Shown here one piece after another: positions 9,629 through 20,202 of a stretch of DNA of 32,000 bases; within the stretch, counting starts at the first letter, position 1; every line of letters starts with the position of its first letter. The notes under the pieces are model-generated. The model ran no database searches. It was not told the origin of the DNA and was given only the letters and a program-made list of their open reading frames with translations. Position numbers and translations under genes: made by a program. The DNA is from Candidatus Methylomirabilis oxygeniifera (GTDB lineage: Bacteria; Methylomirabilota; Methylomirabilia; Methylomirabilales; Methylomirabilaceae), in assembly GCA_000091165.1 (NCBI GenBank), contig FP565575.1, forward strand, positions 2,700,001 to 2,732,000, in the 5' to 3' direction.

Positions 9629-9887
9629 GGGTACCATCCTTGGATGACTCGACACCGGAAGCGTACGAACCACCCACCCTTATACGCGCTCACGCCACCA
9701 CTCTAACCGGGTGAAAGTTTACAGTTTCCTACCCGCAGAAGGCAAGCGCTTTCCATCCGCACGTCGTCTCCTGCGTCGAATGTGACCGGCAACGCCCAAG
9801 GATCGTAGTATAATTCAGACCGTACGGGTATGACAGACGAAGTCGTGCAGCCAGGGCGATGGATGATCCCGAAGAGGAGAAGAGATC

Positions 9888-10427
9888 ATGAAAAGGTGGT
9901 CGAAGATCGGCACGGTAATGACGGCGCTGCTGCTTTGCTCTCTGTTGGCGCCAGGACCCGTTTGGGCCGGGTCAGCTCCGGTCGGCGGCGCGCGACCGGC
10001 AGCGATCGGTAAGGCGACCGGGTCGGATCGGATTGTGGCAACTCATGAGATCCCCACCTCCTTTGCGGAGGTCACCGCTGCCTTCACCGCGAGTCCTACG
10101 ACCGAAGGGTTGGGAGAGGCGCTGGAGGCATCGCGCGCCACCTTCTCGAGCACAGAGACGATCGAGTTTAACGGCGTACTATTTGTATCCGGCCTGGCAG
10201 GGACTTCAGCAGACTTGGCGCTCTATCTGTTTGACCTGAGAGGACGGCTGGCAGCGGGCCCTTTTCTTGTCAATGACGTCTCAGTTCCTGATAATCGAAC
10301 GGACTTCTTCATCCAAATGGAGGCCGCAAATCTGTTCGTGACGGGGCGATTCAACTGGGTTATGACGATCAGCGATGCCTTTGGAGGATTTTTCGAGACC
10401 GGATTGCACGGTGTTGAGATCCAGTGA
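9888..10427 (+). CDS. secreted hypothetical protein
   Basis: Signal-peptide-like N-terminus MKRWSKIGTVMTALLLCSLLAPGPVWA. GAGGAG lies upstream of ATG 9888. No recognisable domain. Confidence 0.5.
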   Translation: MKRWSKIGTVMTALLLCSLLAPGPVWAGSAPVGGARPAAIGKATGSDRIVATHEIPTSFAEVTAAFTASPTTEGLGEALEASRATFSSTETIEFNGVLFVSGLAGTSADLALYLFDLRGRLAAGPFLVNDVSVPDNRTDFFIQMEAANLFVTGRFNWVMTISDAFGGFFETGLHGVEIQ

Positions 10428-10450
10428 GCGGTGACTACGCCCCGCGTACG

Positions 10451-10580
10451 GTCGTCATTGTGAGCGACCAGCGGGAGCGTGGCAATCACACGTAGTGTCG
10501 TTGCGAGGCGGAGCCGAAGCAGTCTCGTAGTGAGCCAGGCAAGAACGACAGGATTGCTTCGGTCGCTGCGCTCCCTCGCC
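10451..10580. repeat. composite of three about 30-nt related units (two direct, one inverted) forming an imperfect long hairpin
   Basis: Unit A is cattgtgagcgaccagcgggagcgtggcaatc and unit B is gttgcgaggcggagccgaagcagtctcg. Inverted unit C is gattgcttcggtcgctgcgctccctcgc. GCGAGG (10503-10508) pairs with CCTCGC (10574-10579), and CCGAAGCA (10514-10521) pairs with TGCTTCGG (10555-10562). The element lies between convergent genes. Confidence 0.5.
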
Positions 10581-10600
10581 TTTCTAACAAAAGACCGCGT

Positions 10601-11614
10601 TTACAGGTTGGCCGTTTCGATCTTGACCTTGGCTCGTGCCCGCACCTGGCGAATCCAGTCGGCAAACACCTGCTCCCGCTTTCTTTGCAAAAGCCCGCGG
10701 CTGAATTGGGCCTTCTCGCGTTCGAATTCTGCGGCATCCGGGTCTTTTCGATCGATGACTCGCAGGAGGTAGCTCGCCTTCTCGCCCTGGATGATCGGGC
10801 TGACCGCCCCTCGCTCCATTACTAAGGCAGCCTCCTTGAACCGTTCTTGATCCGGTATGTGCGGGAGGCTTCGATCCCATGAGAAGAAATCGCTGGTGAC
10901 CGGTTTGAGCCCGGATGCCCTGACGATCTCCTCCCAGGGTTTGTTGCTCTTCGCCAGTCCGGCAACGTTCTGGACGGCGGCCTGTTGCGTCTTCAGATCC
11001 GAGAACATCACGTACTCCGCCTTGACGGAAGCCCGATTAAAGCGAAAGGCCTCCCACGTCTCATCCGGGATGAGATGAACCCCGCCCTTTACCCACTCTT
11101 CCACCTTGCGAAGCAACAGATCCTCACGCAGGCTTTCTTCGAACCGCTCAGGCGTCAGGCGCGCCGATTGAAGAGTCCGGAGATACTTATCCCGCTTAAA
11201 GCCTGTCGCATCGCTGAAAGCCGGTATGGCGGTGATCTCCGCGACAAGTTCATCCGGACTGATTACGAGGCCTAATCGGTTTGCCTCATGAAGCAGCAGG
11301 TGGCGTCCGATCAACCCCTCCACAACCTGCCCTTTCAGGTTCAGTTGTTCGAGGATCTTTTCATCAAACTTATCTCCCAATTTCTCCTGATACTGCTGAT
11401 ACTGACGTTGATAGGCCTGCTGATACTCCGCGTAGGGGATCTGCTCGCCTTCGACGGCACCAATCGGGTTCACCACCCCCCCGCCGGTGCCCGACGTGGA
11501 GCGGAATCCCCAGACAAGGAAGGTCGTTCCAATAAAGGCAAAGATCACCAGCCATAACGTCACACTTAACGCCTTGGTATATCCTCGAATTCGCTTTAGC
11601 ACAGTGCCCTCCAT
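10601..11614 (-). CDS. PpiD/SurA-like periplasmic chaperone (N-terminal TM anchor, SurA N-domain, degenerate parvulin-like C-terminal region)
   Basis: TM anchor ALSVTLWLVIFAFIGTTFLVWGF followed by a SurA-N-like region (IPYAEYQQAYQRQYQQYQEKLG..., LLLHEANRLGL). The C-terminus resembles a parvulin fold (GAVSPIIQGEKASYLLRVIDRKDP). ATG 11614 is chosen but its RBS is weak. Confidence 0.7.
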   Translation of the reverse strand: MEGTVLKRIRGYTKALSVTLWLVIFAFIGTTFLVWGFRSTSGTGGGVVNPIGAVEGEQIPYAEYQQAYQRQYQQYQEKLGDKFDEKILEQLNLKGQVVEGLIGRHLLLHEANRLGLVISPDELVAEITAIPAFSDATGFKRDKYLRTLQSARLTPERFEESLREDLLLRKVEEWVKGGVHLIPDETWEAFRFNRASVKAEYVMFSDLKTQQAAVQNVAGLAKSNKPWEEIVRASGLKPVTSDFFSWDRSLPHIPDQERFKEAALVMERGAVSPIIQGEKASYLLRVIDRKDPDAAEFEREKAQFSRGLLQRKREQVFADWIRQVRARAKVKIETANL

Positions 11615-11727
11615 CGCGTTCCACACACCAACACGTCCACGTAATACATTGTTTTTTATGCTATCGCATTGTCGCAATCGGCGCAACCCAATTTATGCCT
11701 CTGGCTGGTGTGTACTCCGAATACTAC

Positions 11728-11768
11728 TTGTATTTCGCATGGTTGTATGCTAGATAAAATCGTATAAT
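11728..11768 (+). promoter_or_regulatory. candidate mreB promoter region
   Basis: TTGTAT (11728-11733), a 17-nt spacer, then TAGATA (11751-11756). A perfect TATAAT also lies at 11763-11768. The region is AT-rich and sits 55-95 nt upstream of mreB. Sequence match only. Confidence 0.35.
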
Positions 11769-11820
11769 CCGGTCCGTATTCTCCCGCGCTGGGGGCGTCG
11801 CAAGTCAGCATGAGGAGTGA

Positions 11821-12852
<1,032 letters not shown>

Positions 12853-12942
12853 ATGCGATCGGCTCGGAGGCTCATACGCCGCGTCGCCTGAGTAGCGCGG
12901 ACCTCGCTTTTCCCCACAGCCTCATAGGCAGCACAGACAGGC

Positions 12943-13806
12943 ATGACTCGACTGCTGTTTCGATATCGACGGACACTCGTCCTTTCGACCGCTCTGCTGT
13001 TGGCCTTCGTGTTGATGACGCTGCAAGTTCGCAGCGGCAGCTCCGTCGCACTATTTACGAAGCAGATTCTCCTCACCTCCATCTCCCCGTTTCTGCGAGT
13101 TGTCACGAAGAGCTTCGATATCACCGCGACGGTCTGGAATGAGTACGTTGATCTTCGCCGGGTTCGCCGCGACAATCAGCTTCTGAAGGAGGAGGTCAGA
13201 CAACTCCGAGCTGAGGTGGGAGAACTGCGCGAAACAGCCCTGGAACATGCTCGTCTTGGCCATCTCCTTCAATTGGGCAACCGAATGGGTACGGAGGCGG
13301 TTGTCGCCAGGGTCATCGGCAAAGACACGACAAACTGGTTCAGAACGATCCTGATTGATACGGGGGCGAACCAGGGAATCCGGCGCCACATGACGGTCGT
13401 GACTCGTGAAGGGCTGGTAGGTCGGGTGGTAGATGTTACAGCATTGGCGTCTCGGGTACAGCTCATTACCGATCCGGAAAGCGCGGTCGGCGTACTGATC
13501 CAACGAAGCCGTACCATCGGAGTTGCGGCGGGGAGCCAAGGCGGCGCGATTCAGATCAAGTATCTTCCGTTGATGGCCGACGTGGCCGTCGACGACCGGA
13601 TTATCACCTCGGGGATGGGCGGGATCTTTCCAAAAGGCATTCCGGTGGGTAAGATTGTACGTTCGAGCCGACCGACGAACGGTACGTTATTTCAATTAAT
13701 TGAGGCGCAGCCTCACGCCGATTTCTCGCGCCTGGAGGAGGTGATGGTTCTGAAACGACCGCCTTCGAGCGGCCCGTCATGGGCAGGCGAGGAGCCTCCG
13801 CCATGA
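12943..13806 (+). CDS. mreC: rod shape-determining protein MreC
   Basis: N-terminal TM, a coiled-coil (LLKEEVRQLRAEVGELRE), then beta-rich domains with the GLVGRV motif and GMGGIFPKGIPVG. Its position is directly after mreB. Confidence 0.85.
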   Translation: MTRLLFRYRRTLVLSTALLLAFVLMTLQVRSGSSVALFTKQILLTSISPFLRVVTKSFDITATVWNEYVDLRRVRRDNQLLKEEVRQLRAEVGELRETALEHARLGHLLQLGNRMGTEAVVARVIGKDTTNWFRTILIDTGANQGIRRHMTVVTREGLVGRVVDVTALASRVQLITDPESAVGVLIQRSRTIGVAAGSQGGAIQIKYLPLMADVAVDDRIITSGMGGIFPKGIPVGKIVRSSRPTNGTLFQLIEAQPHADFSRLEEVMVLKRPPSSGPSWAGEEPPP

Positions 13807-14282
13807 TAACGTTTCTGCTCGCGCTTATTGGCGCCTGCCTTCTCCAGACCGCCATCGTCCCTCGACTGGCTATCGGCGGTATTCAGCCGGACCTATTCCT
13901 GATCCTCCTCTTCGGACTCAGTCTTTCAATAGGGCCGGAGCTGGCCGCCGCAGCCGGCTTCCTCATCGGCCTGTACCAGGACGCGCTTTCGGGCGCTCCT
14001 CTTGGCCTCAACGCATTCGCGTTGAGTGTGATCGGCTTCCTGCTGAGCGGATTGAGTCAGCAGGTGAAGACGACCCAGCCGGTCTGGCGATTTACTCTGC
14101 TCTGTGTGGCCGGTCTACTGTCCGGGCTCATCACCCTGCTGCTTCTTCGTTTCTTTCATGCGCCCCGCCCCCTGACGTCCGCCCTCCTGTGGACCGCACT
14201 GCCGAGCGCGCTCTATACCGGGATGTTGGGGACCGCGCTGCTCGGCGCGCTGAGGCCGAACACCAACAAAGGCCTGACCTGA
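13803..14282 (+). CDS. mreD: rod shape-determining protein MreD
   Basis: A polytopic protein of about 160 aa (MITFLLALIGACLLQTAIVPRL...). ATG 13803 overlaps the mreC stop as ATGA. Synteny is mreC-mreD-mrdA. Confidence 0.8.
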   Translation: MITFLLALIGACLLQTAIVPRLAIGGIQPDLFLILLFGLSLSIGPELAAAAGFLIGLYQDALSGAPLGLNAFALSVIGFLLSGLSQQVKTTQPVWRFTLLCVAGLLSGLITLLLLRFFHAPRPLTSALLWTALPSALYTGMLGTALLGALRPNTNKGLT

Positions 14283-16129
14283 TGAGCAGGGAACGTGAGA
14301 TCTCGAACCGCTACGCCCCCTTCCAGAAACGGATCAGGGTGGCCGCCATCCTGGTCTCAGCAGCCGTCCTGATCCTGGTGCTCCGTCTCTGGGCGCTGCA
14401 GATCCTGGAAGGCGATCATCTACTCCAACTCTCCCTCAATAATCGCCTCCGCCTCCGCCCGGTCGAGGCGCCCAGAGGGCTCATCCTCGATCGAAACGGA
14501 GAGCTCCTGGTAGAGAATCTGGCCTCCTTTGACCTGTATGCGACACCGGAGGATATGCCTGATGTTGAGGATGCCACGCGGCGACTTGCGGAGATCCTCC
14601 AGTCCTCACCGGATGAGTTGCGGCAGCGGGTCTCGCAAGGACAGGGCTCACAACTGGAGCCGGTGCTGTTACGGAAAGGAGTGGATGAGCGAATCGTTGC
14701 GGCCATCGAGGAGCACAAGATCGATTTGCCGGGCGTGAGCCTTCGAGTCAGGCCGGTGCGCACGTATCCGAATGGCGGGTCCGCCGCTACCCTGCTGGGC
14801 TATGTTGCCGAGGTGAGTCAGACGCAACTCAAGTCGAAAGAGTTTCGAGACTTTCGTCCGGGTGAGACGATGGGGCAGGCCGGAATCGAGCGGCGATATG
14901 ATGCGTTCATACGGGGCGTCGACGGCGGGGAACAGGTGGAGGTGGACGCGCTCGGAAAAGTCAACCGGCTGATCCGGCAGGTTGAACCGCAGTCCGGATT
15001 CAGTCTGCATCTCACGCTCGATAACCGGTTGCAGCGGGTCGCGGAAGAGGCCTTGCAGGGCAGAAGCGGCGCGCTCATCGCGGTTCACCCATCTACCGGT
15101 GAAATCCTGGCGATGGTCAGCCAGCCGTCGTACGATCCAAACCAGTTCTCTCAGCGCATGACCCCTGACCAGTGGCGGAAGCTCACTGGTGACCCGCGCC
15201 ATCCCATGCAAAACAAAGGGCTCCAGGGCCAGTACGCGCCTGGCTCCATCTTCAAGCTGGTGACCGCGCTTGCCGCTCTCGAGAAGGGGTCCATCACGCC
15301 TGAAACCAAGTTCTCCTGCGACGGCGTCTTCAGTCTCGGCTCCCATCTCTTCCACGACTGGAAGAAAGGCGGTCATGGGACGTTAGATCTCCGGCAGGCC
15401 ATCGCCAACTCCTGCAACATCTACTTCTATCATACCGCCCTCAAAGCCGGAATTGGAGAGATCGCCCGCGTTGCCCGCGAGCTGGGGCTTGGCGCCCCAT
15501 CCGGGCTCGGGCTGAGCGGTGAAGCGCGGGGCATCATCCCCCCCAAGCCAACCGTTCCACCGGAGGCAGGCGGATGGTATCCCGGCAACACCGTGATGGC
15601 CGGAATCGGACAAGGGATGGTCACTGTCACGCCGATGCAGGCCGTGATGATGGTCTCCGCCATTGCCAACGGGGGGTCCCTCTACCGCCCATGGGTCGTG
15701 CGGAAGGTCGAGACACTGGACCGTGACATGATCGAGGAGTACGGCCCAGAACTCGTCCGGAAGGTCAATATCGATCCTGATAATCTGGCTATCGTCAGAG
15801 AAGGGATGCAGGCGGTCGTCAGCGAGGGGACGGGGGGTCGCGCCAAGATTCCCGGACTCCGGGTGGGCGGTAAGACGGGGACCGCACAGGTGGTAGAGAA
15901 TAAGAAGAGCGGTTCGCAGCGGGGCGATCAACGGGACAACGCCTGGTTCGTGGCCTTTGCACCCGCAGATCATCCCCAGATCGCCATTGCCGTGGTGGTC
16001 GAGCACGGCGGGTTCGGCGGTCAAGTGGCTGCGCCGATTGCGAAGAGCCTTCTGGAGGCGTGGTTCAAGTTGCCCAAAGAATCGAGGCCGGCTCAGGTTG
16101 CTGAGGCGGAACCGACCGAAGGCGACTGA
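14282..16129 (+). CDS. mrdA: penicillin-binding protein 2 (elongasome transpeptidase)
   Basis: TM anchor, PBP dimerisation domain, and transpeptidase motifs SxxK (GSIFK), SxN (SCN) and KTG (GKTGTAQ). ATG 14282 overlaps the mreD stop (TGATG). The track start at 14189 lies inside mreD. Confidence 0.92.
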   Translation: MSREREISNRYAPFQKRIRVAAILVSAAVLILVLRLWALQILEGDHLLQLSLNNRLRLRPVEAPRGLILDRNGELLVENLASFDLYATPEDMPDVEDATRRLAEILQSSPDELRQRVSQGQGSQLEPVLLRKGVDERIVAAIEEHKIDLPGVSLRVRPVRTYPNGGSAATLLGYVAEVSQTQLKSKEFRDFRPGETMGQAGIERRYDAFIRGVDGGEQVEVDALGKVNRLIRQVEPQSGFSLHLTLDNRLQRVAEEALQGRSGALIAVHPSTGEILAMVSQPSYDPNQFSQRMTPDQWRKLTGDPRHPMQNKGLQGQYAPGSIFKLVTALAALEKGSITPETKFSCDGVFSLGSHLFHDWKKGGHGTLDLRQAIANSCNIYFYHTALKAGIGEIARVARELGLGAPSGLGLSGEARGIIPPKPTVPPEAGGWYPGNTVMAGIGQGMVTVTPMQAVMMVSAIANGGSLYRPWVVRKVETLDRDMIEEYGPELVRKVNIDPDNLAIVREGMQAVVSEGTGGRAKIPGLRVGGKTGTAQVVENKKSGSQRGDQRDNAWFVAFAPADHPQIAIAVVVEHGGFGGQVAAPIAKSLLEAWFKLPKESRPAQVAEAEPTEGD

Positions 16130-17244
16130 TGGAAGCGTATCCTATGTCGGTATCTCGCCGCGTTCTACCCGCCTTCGACTGGCGGCTTGTCGCCGCGGCC
16201 GTCGGGCTAGCGGCCCTAAGCGTCCTGATCATCTACAGTACGAGCGGGATGCACGCCTCGCTCTTCCGAAGATCGCTGTACCTGAAGCAGGCGACCTGGA
16301 TGGTGATGGGAGTCTTCGCCATGGTCCTGCTCTGTGTCGTCCCGTACCGGACAACCTGGAGCCTGGCCTATCCGCTGTATGCCTTTCTGCTTGTTGCGCT
16401 GTTGCTTGTCGCCCTGATCGGCCGGACCGGCATGGGCGCCCAGCGATGGCTCAGCATCGGATCGTTCGCGTTTCAGCCCTCGGAATTCATGAAGCTGTCA
16501 CTCATCATCCTGCTGGCTCGCTACTTTGAAGACCGCAAAGACGAGTTACATACGCCTCGGATCTTCATCCTGCCGATCATCCTGACCCTTGTGCCGATGG
16601 CCTTTGTCCTGCGGCAACCCGATCTTGGCACCGCCATTATGCTGCTCTTAATCTCCGCCAGCATCCTGGTAGTGATGGGGCTGAAGATTCGCTACCTCGT
16701 TCTGCTCGGCGCAGCCGGAGCTGCCGTCGCCCCGGTGCTCTGGCACTTTCTGCATGACTACCAGAAGAATCGAGTGCTCGTATTTATCTATCCCGACATG
16801 GATCCCATGGGGGCAGGTTATCATGTCGCCCAATCGAAGATCGCCGTCGGCTCGGGCGGATTGATCGGAAAGGGATGGATGGCGGCTACGCAGAGCCAGC
16901 TCAACTTCCTGCCGGAGAATCACACCGACTTCATCTTCGCCGGCCTTGCGGAGCAATGGGGCTTCATCGGCTCTCTGGGCTTGCTGCTGGTCTATGCCTA
17001 CCTTCTTTCACGGGGCCTGCGCCTCGCTAAGGATGCCCACGACCTGTTCACCATGGTCACGAGCTTCGGCATCGTGTGTATGATGGCGTGGCAGGTCGTC
17101 ATCAATGTCGGGATGGTGACCGGCATCATGCCGGTGGTCGGCATTCCGCTTCCGCTGCTGTCCTACGGGGGCTCGTCCATGCTGATGAATATGCTGGCCG
17201 TCGGCTGCCTGCTCAACATTCAGAAGCATCGCTATCTGTATTGA
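16129..17244 (+). CDS. rodA: SEDS-family peptidoglycan polymerase RodA
   Basis: FtsW/RodA/SpoVE family features: about 10 TM segments, the PSEFMK motif, DFIFAGLAEQWGF and LPLLSYGGSS. The start overlaps the mrdA stop (TGATG). Confidence 0.92.
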   Translation: MEAYPMSVSRRVLPAFDWRLVAAAVGLAALSVLIIYSTSGMHASLFRRSLYLKQATWMVMGVFAMVLLCVVPYRTTWSLAYPLYAFLLVALLLVALIGRTGMGAQRWLSIGSFAFQPSEFMKLSLIILLARYFEDRKDELHTPRIFILPIILTLVPMAFVLRQPDLGTAIMLLLISASILVVMGLKIRYLVLLGAAGAAVAPVLWHFLHDYQKNRVLVFIYPDMDPMGAGYHVAQSKIAVGSGGLIGKGWMAATQSQLNFLPENHTDFIFAGLAEQWGFIGSLGLLLVYAYLLSRGLRLAKDAHDLFTMVTSFGIVCMMAWQVVINVGMVTGIMPVVGIPLPLLSYGGSSMLMNMLAVGCLLNIQKHRYLY

Positions 17245-17296
17245 GCGGGTATGAAGCCTTGACAGGTCTCGCCGTCGCTGTTAAAAGTACAGGATA

Positions 17297-17366
17297 GAGG
17301 GTCTAGGGTATAGGGTGTAGTTTATCTTCTGCGTCCTGTACCCCAGACCCTAAACCCTTTACCCTG
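17297..17366. repeat. inverted arrays of AGGGTNN heptamers forming an imperfect hairpin upstream of ileS
   Basis: Plus-strand units are agggtct/agggtat/agggtgt (17298-17318). Minus-strand units are agggtaa/agggttt/agggtct/ggggtac (17338-17365). About 18 of 24 arm positions are complementary and the loop is 15 nt. Confidence 0.6.
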
Positions 17367-17376
17367 GAATTGCCGG

Positions 17377-20202
17377 ATGAACTATAAAGAGACACTGAAC
17401 CTGCCAAGTACCGCCTTTCCGATGAAGGCGGATCTCCCGGTACTCGAGCCGTCCATCCTGACGCGGTGGGACGCCTCAGGTCTCTACGATCGGCTCCGCG
17501 AGGTCCGGGCTGATCGACAGGTCTGGATCCTCCACGACGGTCCACCCTATGCGAATGGCCATATTCATATCGGTCATGCGCTCAATAAGATCCTGAAGGA
17601 CTTCGTGGTCAAGTCCAAATCGATGTTTGGCTATAACGCGACCTACGTCCCGGGATGGGATTGCCACGGGCTTCCGATCGAACACCAGGTCGATAAAAAC
17701 CTGGGCAGCAAAAAGACGGAGGTGTCGCTGGTCGAAAAGCGACAACTCTGCCGCGAGTACGCCGCCAGGTTCGTCGACATTCAGCGGGCGGAGTTCAGAC
17801 GCCTCGGAGTGCTCGGTAACTGGTCGGTCCCGTATCTCACCATGGATTACATGTACGAGGCGACGATTGTCCGTGAACTGGGAAAGTTATTCGGAACGGG
17901 GGCAGCGTACAAAGGCAAGAAGCCGGTCCACTGGTGCGCCTCGTGTCGGACGGCCCTGGCCGAGGCCGAGGTCGAGTATGCCGATCATGCATCGCCGTCC
18001 GTCTACGTCAAGTTTCCGCTTACCCAGGATGTCGAGGAGCGGTTGCCGATGCTCCAGGGAAGACGGGCGTATGTTGTGATCTGGACGACGACACCATGGA
18101 CGCTGCCGGCGAATCTGGCGATCGCCGTACATCCGGACGCATCGTACGCGATCGTCGAATCGGCCGATGAGTGCTTCATCATCGCCAAAGATCGGCTGGA
18201 AGCGACGCTTGCTGCGGCAGGGGTGAAGGCGAGCCGGGTTGTCGAAGAAGTGCCGGGCCGTACGCTGGAAGGGCTGACGGCCAGACACCCATGGATCGAA
18301 CGATCCTCGAAGGTGGTGTTGGCCGACTATGTCACGATGGACCAGGGGACAGGGTGCGTACATACGGCGCCGGGGCACGGCGTCGAAGATTATGAGACCG
18401 GTCTCCGATACGGCCTCGATATCTATAACCCTGTCGATGCCGCCGGACGGTTCGTCGCGGATCTGCCGCTTGTCGGCGGCCTGAGCGTCTGGAAGGCCAA
18501 CAGCGCGATCATTGCCGAGCTTCAGCGCCGAGGTCTGCTGCTGTCGGAGGTACAAATCGAACACTCCTATCCCCATTGCTGGCGGTGCAAACACCCGACG
18601 ATCTTCCGGGCGACGGAGCAGTGGTTCGTCTCTATGGACGCAGCCGTCCTCCCTGATGAAGGCGGCGGACAGACCGGACTGCGCGCCAAGGCCTTGGCGG
18701 AGATCAAGCAGGTCCGGTGGATTCCCTCCTGGGGCGAGGATAGGATCAGCAATATGATCGCGTATCGCTCCGACTGGTGCATTTCGCGGCAACGGGCCTG
18801 GGGGGTCCCGATCGTCGCCTTCTACTGCGCGCATTGCGGCCATATCCTGGCGGACCGGCGGATTGCCGAACATGTTGCAACCATGATCGAACGGACGGGG
18901 GCCGACCTCTGGTATACCGACACCGCAGCGGATCTGCTTCCGCCCGGGACCGCGTGTCCCAACTGCAAGGGGACCGACTTCGAAAAGGAACGCGATATCC
19001 TGGATGTCTGGTTCGATTCCGGCGTGAGCCACGCGGCCGTCCTCGAGGTCAGATCCGACCAGCAGTGGCCCGCCGACATGTACCTTGAAGGGAGCGATCA
19101 GCATCGGGGGTGGTTCCATAGCTCGCTGCTCACCGCAGTCGGGACCCGGGGACGCGCGCCCTATCGGGCGGTCCTGACCCACGGCTTCGTGGTGGACGGC
19201 GAAGGCAAGAAGATGTCCAAGTCGCTCGGCAACGTCGTCGCCCCCCAGGAGGTGATTGACCGGTACGGCGCCGAGATTCTTCGTCTCTGGGTGGCGGCTG
19301 AGGACTACCGCGACGACATCCGAATCTCCGAGGAGATCTTGAAGCGGCTGGCGGAAGGGTATCGGCGCATCCGGAACACCTGTCGCTATCTGCTCGGCTG
19401 CCTGTCCGACTTCCAGCCTGCTCGCGATGCGCTGCCGCTCAACGAACTCGATGAAATTGACCGGTTCATCCTGCACCGGCTGGGGCGGCTCGTCGAACGA
19501 TTGCGCCAGGCCTATGAGACGTACGAGTTTCACCTCCTCTACCATGGCCTGCATAACTTCTGCGCCGTAGACCTGTCGGCCATGTATCTGGATATCCTGA
19601 AGGACCGCGTCTACACCTCCGCCCCCCGCTCTCGCGCCCGGCGCGCGGCCCAAACCTCGATGTATCAGATCCTTGACGCGCTCGTCAGACTGATGGCGCC
19701 GGTCCTCTCCTTTACCGCCGATGAGGTGTGGCAGGTGATGCCTAAGCAGGGCGGCGAGGCGGAAAGCGTGCATCTCGCGGAATTCCCGACCGTCCGGTCC
19801 GATCTGCCGGACGAGGCCCTTGAAGCCCGCTGGGACGTCTTGCTGTCGGTTCGGGACGAGGTGCTGAAAGCCCTGGAGGCCGCTCGTAAAGCCAAGCTGA
19901 TCGGGACATCGCTGGAGGCCCACGTCGACCTCCTCGTCGAGCCTGCCTTGCTGCCGATCCTCACCCGGTACCAAGTCGATCTTCCGACGCTGTTCATCGT
20001 CTCGGCTGTCAGCGTAGGGAGTCTCGCCGAGACGGACGCCGCCGGAAAAAGGGTTGAGGTACGGGTCGAGCGAGCAGCAGGGCAGAAATGCGCCCGCTGT
20101 TGGACCTACGGTGAAAGCGTGGGCCGGTCCATCCCACATCCGGATGTCTGTGCCCGCTGTGCCGGCGTCCTTGAAGAGATAGGGTATGGGAACAGGGTAT
20201 AG
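17377..20202 (+). CDS. ileS: isoleucine--tRNA ligase (type 1, with C-terminal zinc-binding CxxC pairs)
   Basis: HIGH motif PPYANGHIHIGHALNK, KMSKS motif present, editing-domain size as expected, and C-terminal CARCW...CARCAGVL. Confidence 0.97.
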   Translation: MNYKETLNLPSTAFPMKADLPVLEPSILTRWDASGLYDRLREVRADRQVWILHDGPPYANGHIHIGHALNKILKDFVVKSKSMFGYNATYVPGWDCHGLPIEHQVDKNLGSKKTEVSLVEKRQLCREYAARFVDIQRAEFRRLGVLGNWSVPYLTMDYMYEATIVRELGKLFGTGAAYKGKKPVHWCASCRTALAEAEVEYADHASPSVYVKFPLTQDVEERLPMLQGRRAYVVIWTTTPWTLPANLAIAVHPDASYAIVESADECFIIAKDRLEATLAAAGVKASRVVEEVPGRTLEGLTARHPWIERSSKVVLADYVTMDQGTGCVHTAPGHGVEDYETGLRYGLDIYNPVDAAGRFVADLPLVGGLSVWKANSAIIAELQRRGLLLSEVQIEHSYPHCWRCKHPTIFRATEQWFVSMDAAVLPDEGGGQTGLRAKALAEIKQVRWIPSWGEDRISNMIAYRSDWCISRQRAWGVPIVAFYCAHCGHILADRRIAEHVATMIERTGADLWYTDTAADLLPPGTACPNCKGTDFEKERDILDVWFDSGVSHAAVLEVRSDQQWPADMYLEGSDQHRGWFHSSLLTAVGTRGRAPYRAVLTHGFVVDGEGKKMSKSLGNVVAPQEVIDRYGAEILRLWVAAEDYRDDIRISEEILKRLAEGYRRIRNTCRYLLGCLSDFQPARDALPLNELDEIDRFILHRLGRLVERLRQAYETYEFHLLYHGLHNFCAVDLSAMYLDILKDRVYTSAPRSRARRAAQTSMYQILDALVRLMAPVLSFTADEVWQVMPKQGGEAESVHLAEFPTVRSDLPDEALEARWDVLLSVRDEVLKALEAARKAKLIGTSLEAHVDLLVEPALLPILTRYQVDLPTLFIVSAVSVGSLAETDAAGKRVEVRVERAAGQKCARCWTYGESVGRSIPHPDVCARCAGVLEEIGYGNRV

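Noticed and set aside
16739-16756. TGGCAC-containing sequences (also 11874-11890, 16625-16645, 7884-7900) checked as sigma54 -24/-12 promoters
   Set aside because: The GG-to-GC spacing is off by 2-3 nt in every case, and most lie inside coding sequence.
17887-20139. 750-aa minus-strand ORF
   Set aside because: It is fully antisense to ileS, which has unambiguous HIGH/KMSKS motifs. The translation is low-complexity and R/G/P-rich, as expected for a shadow ORF in GC-rich DNA.
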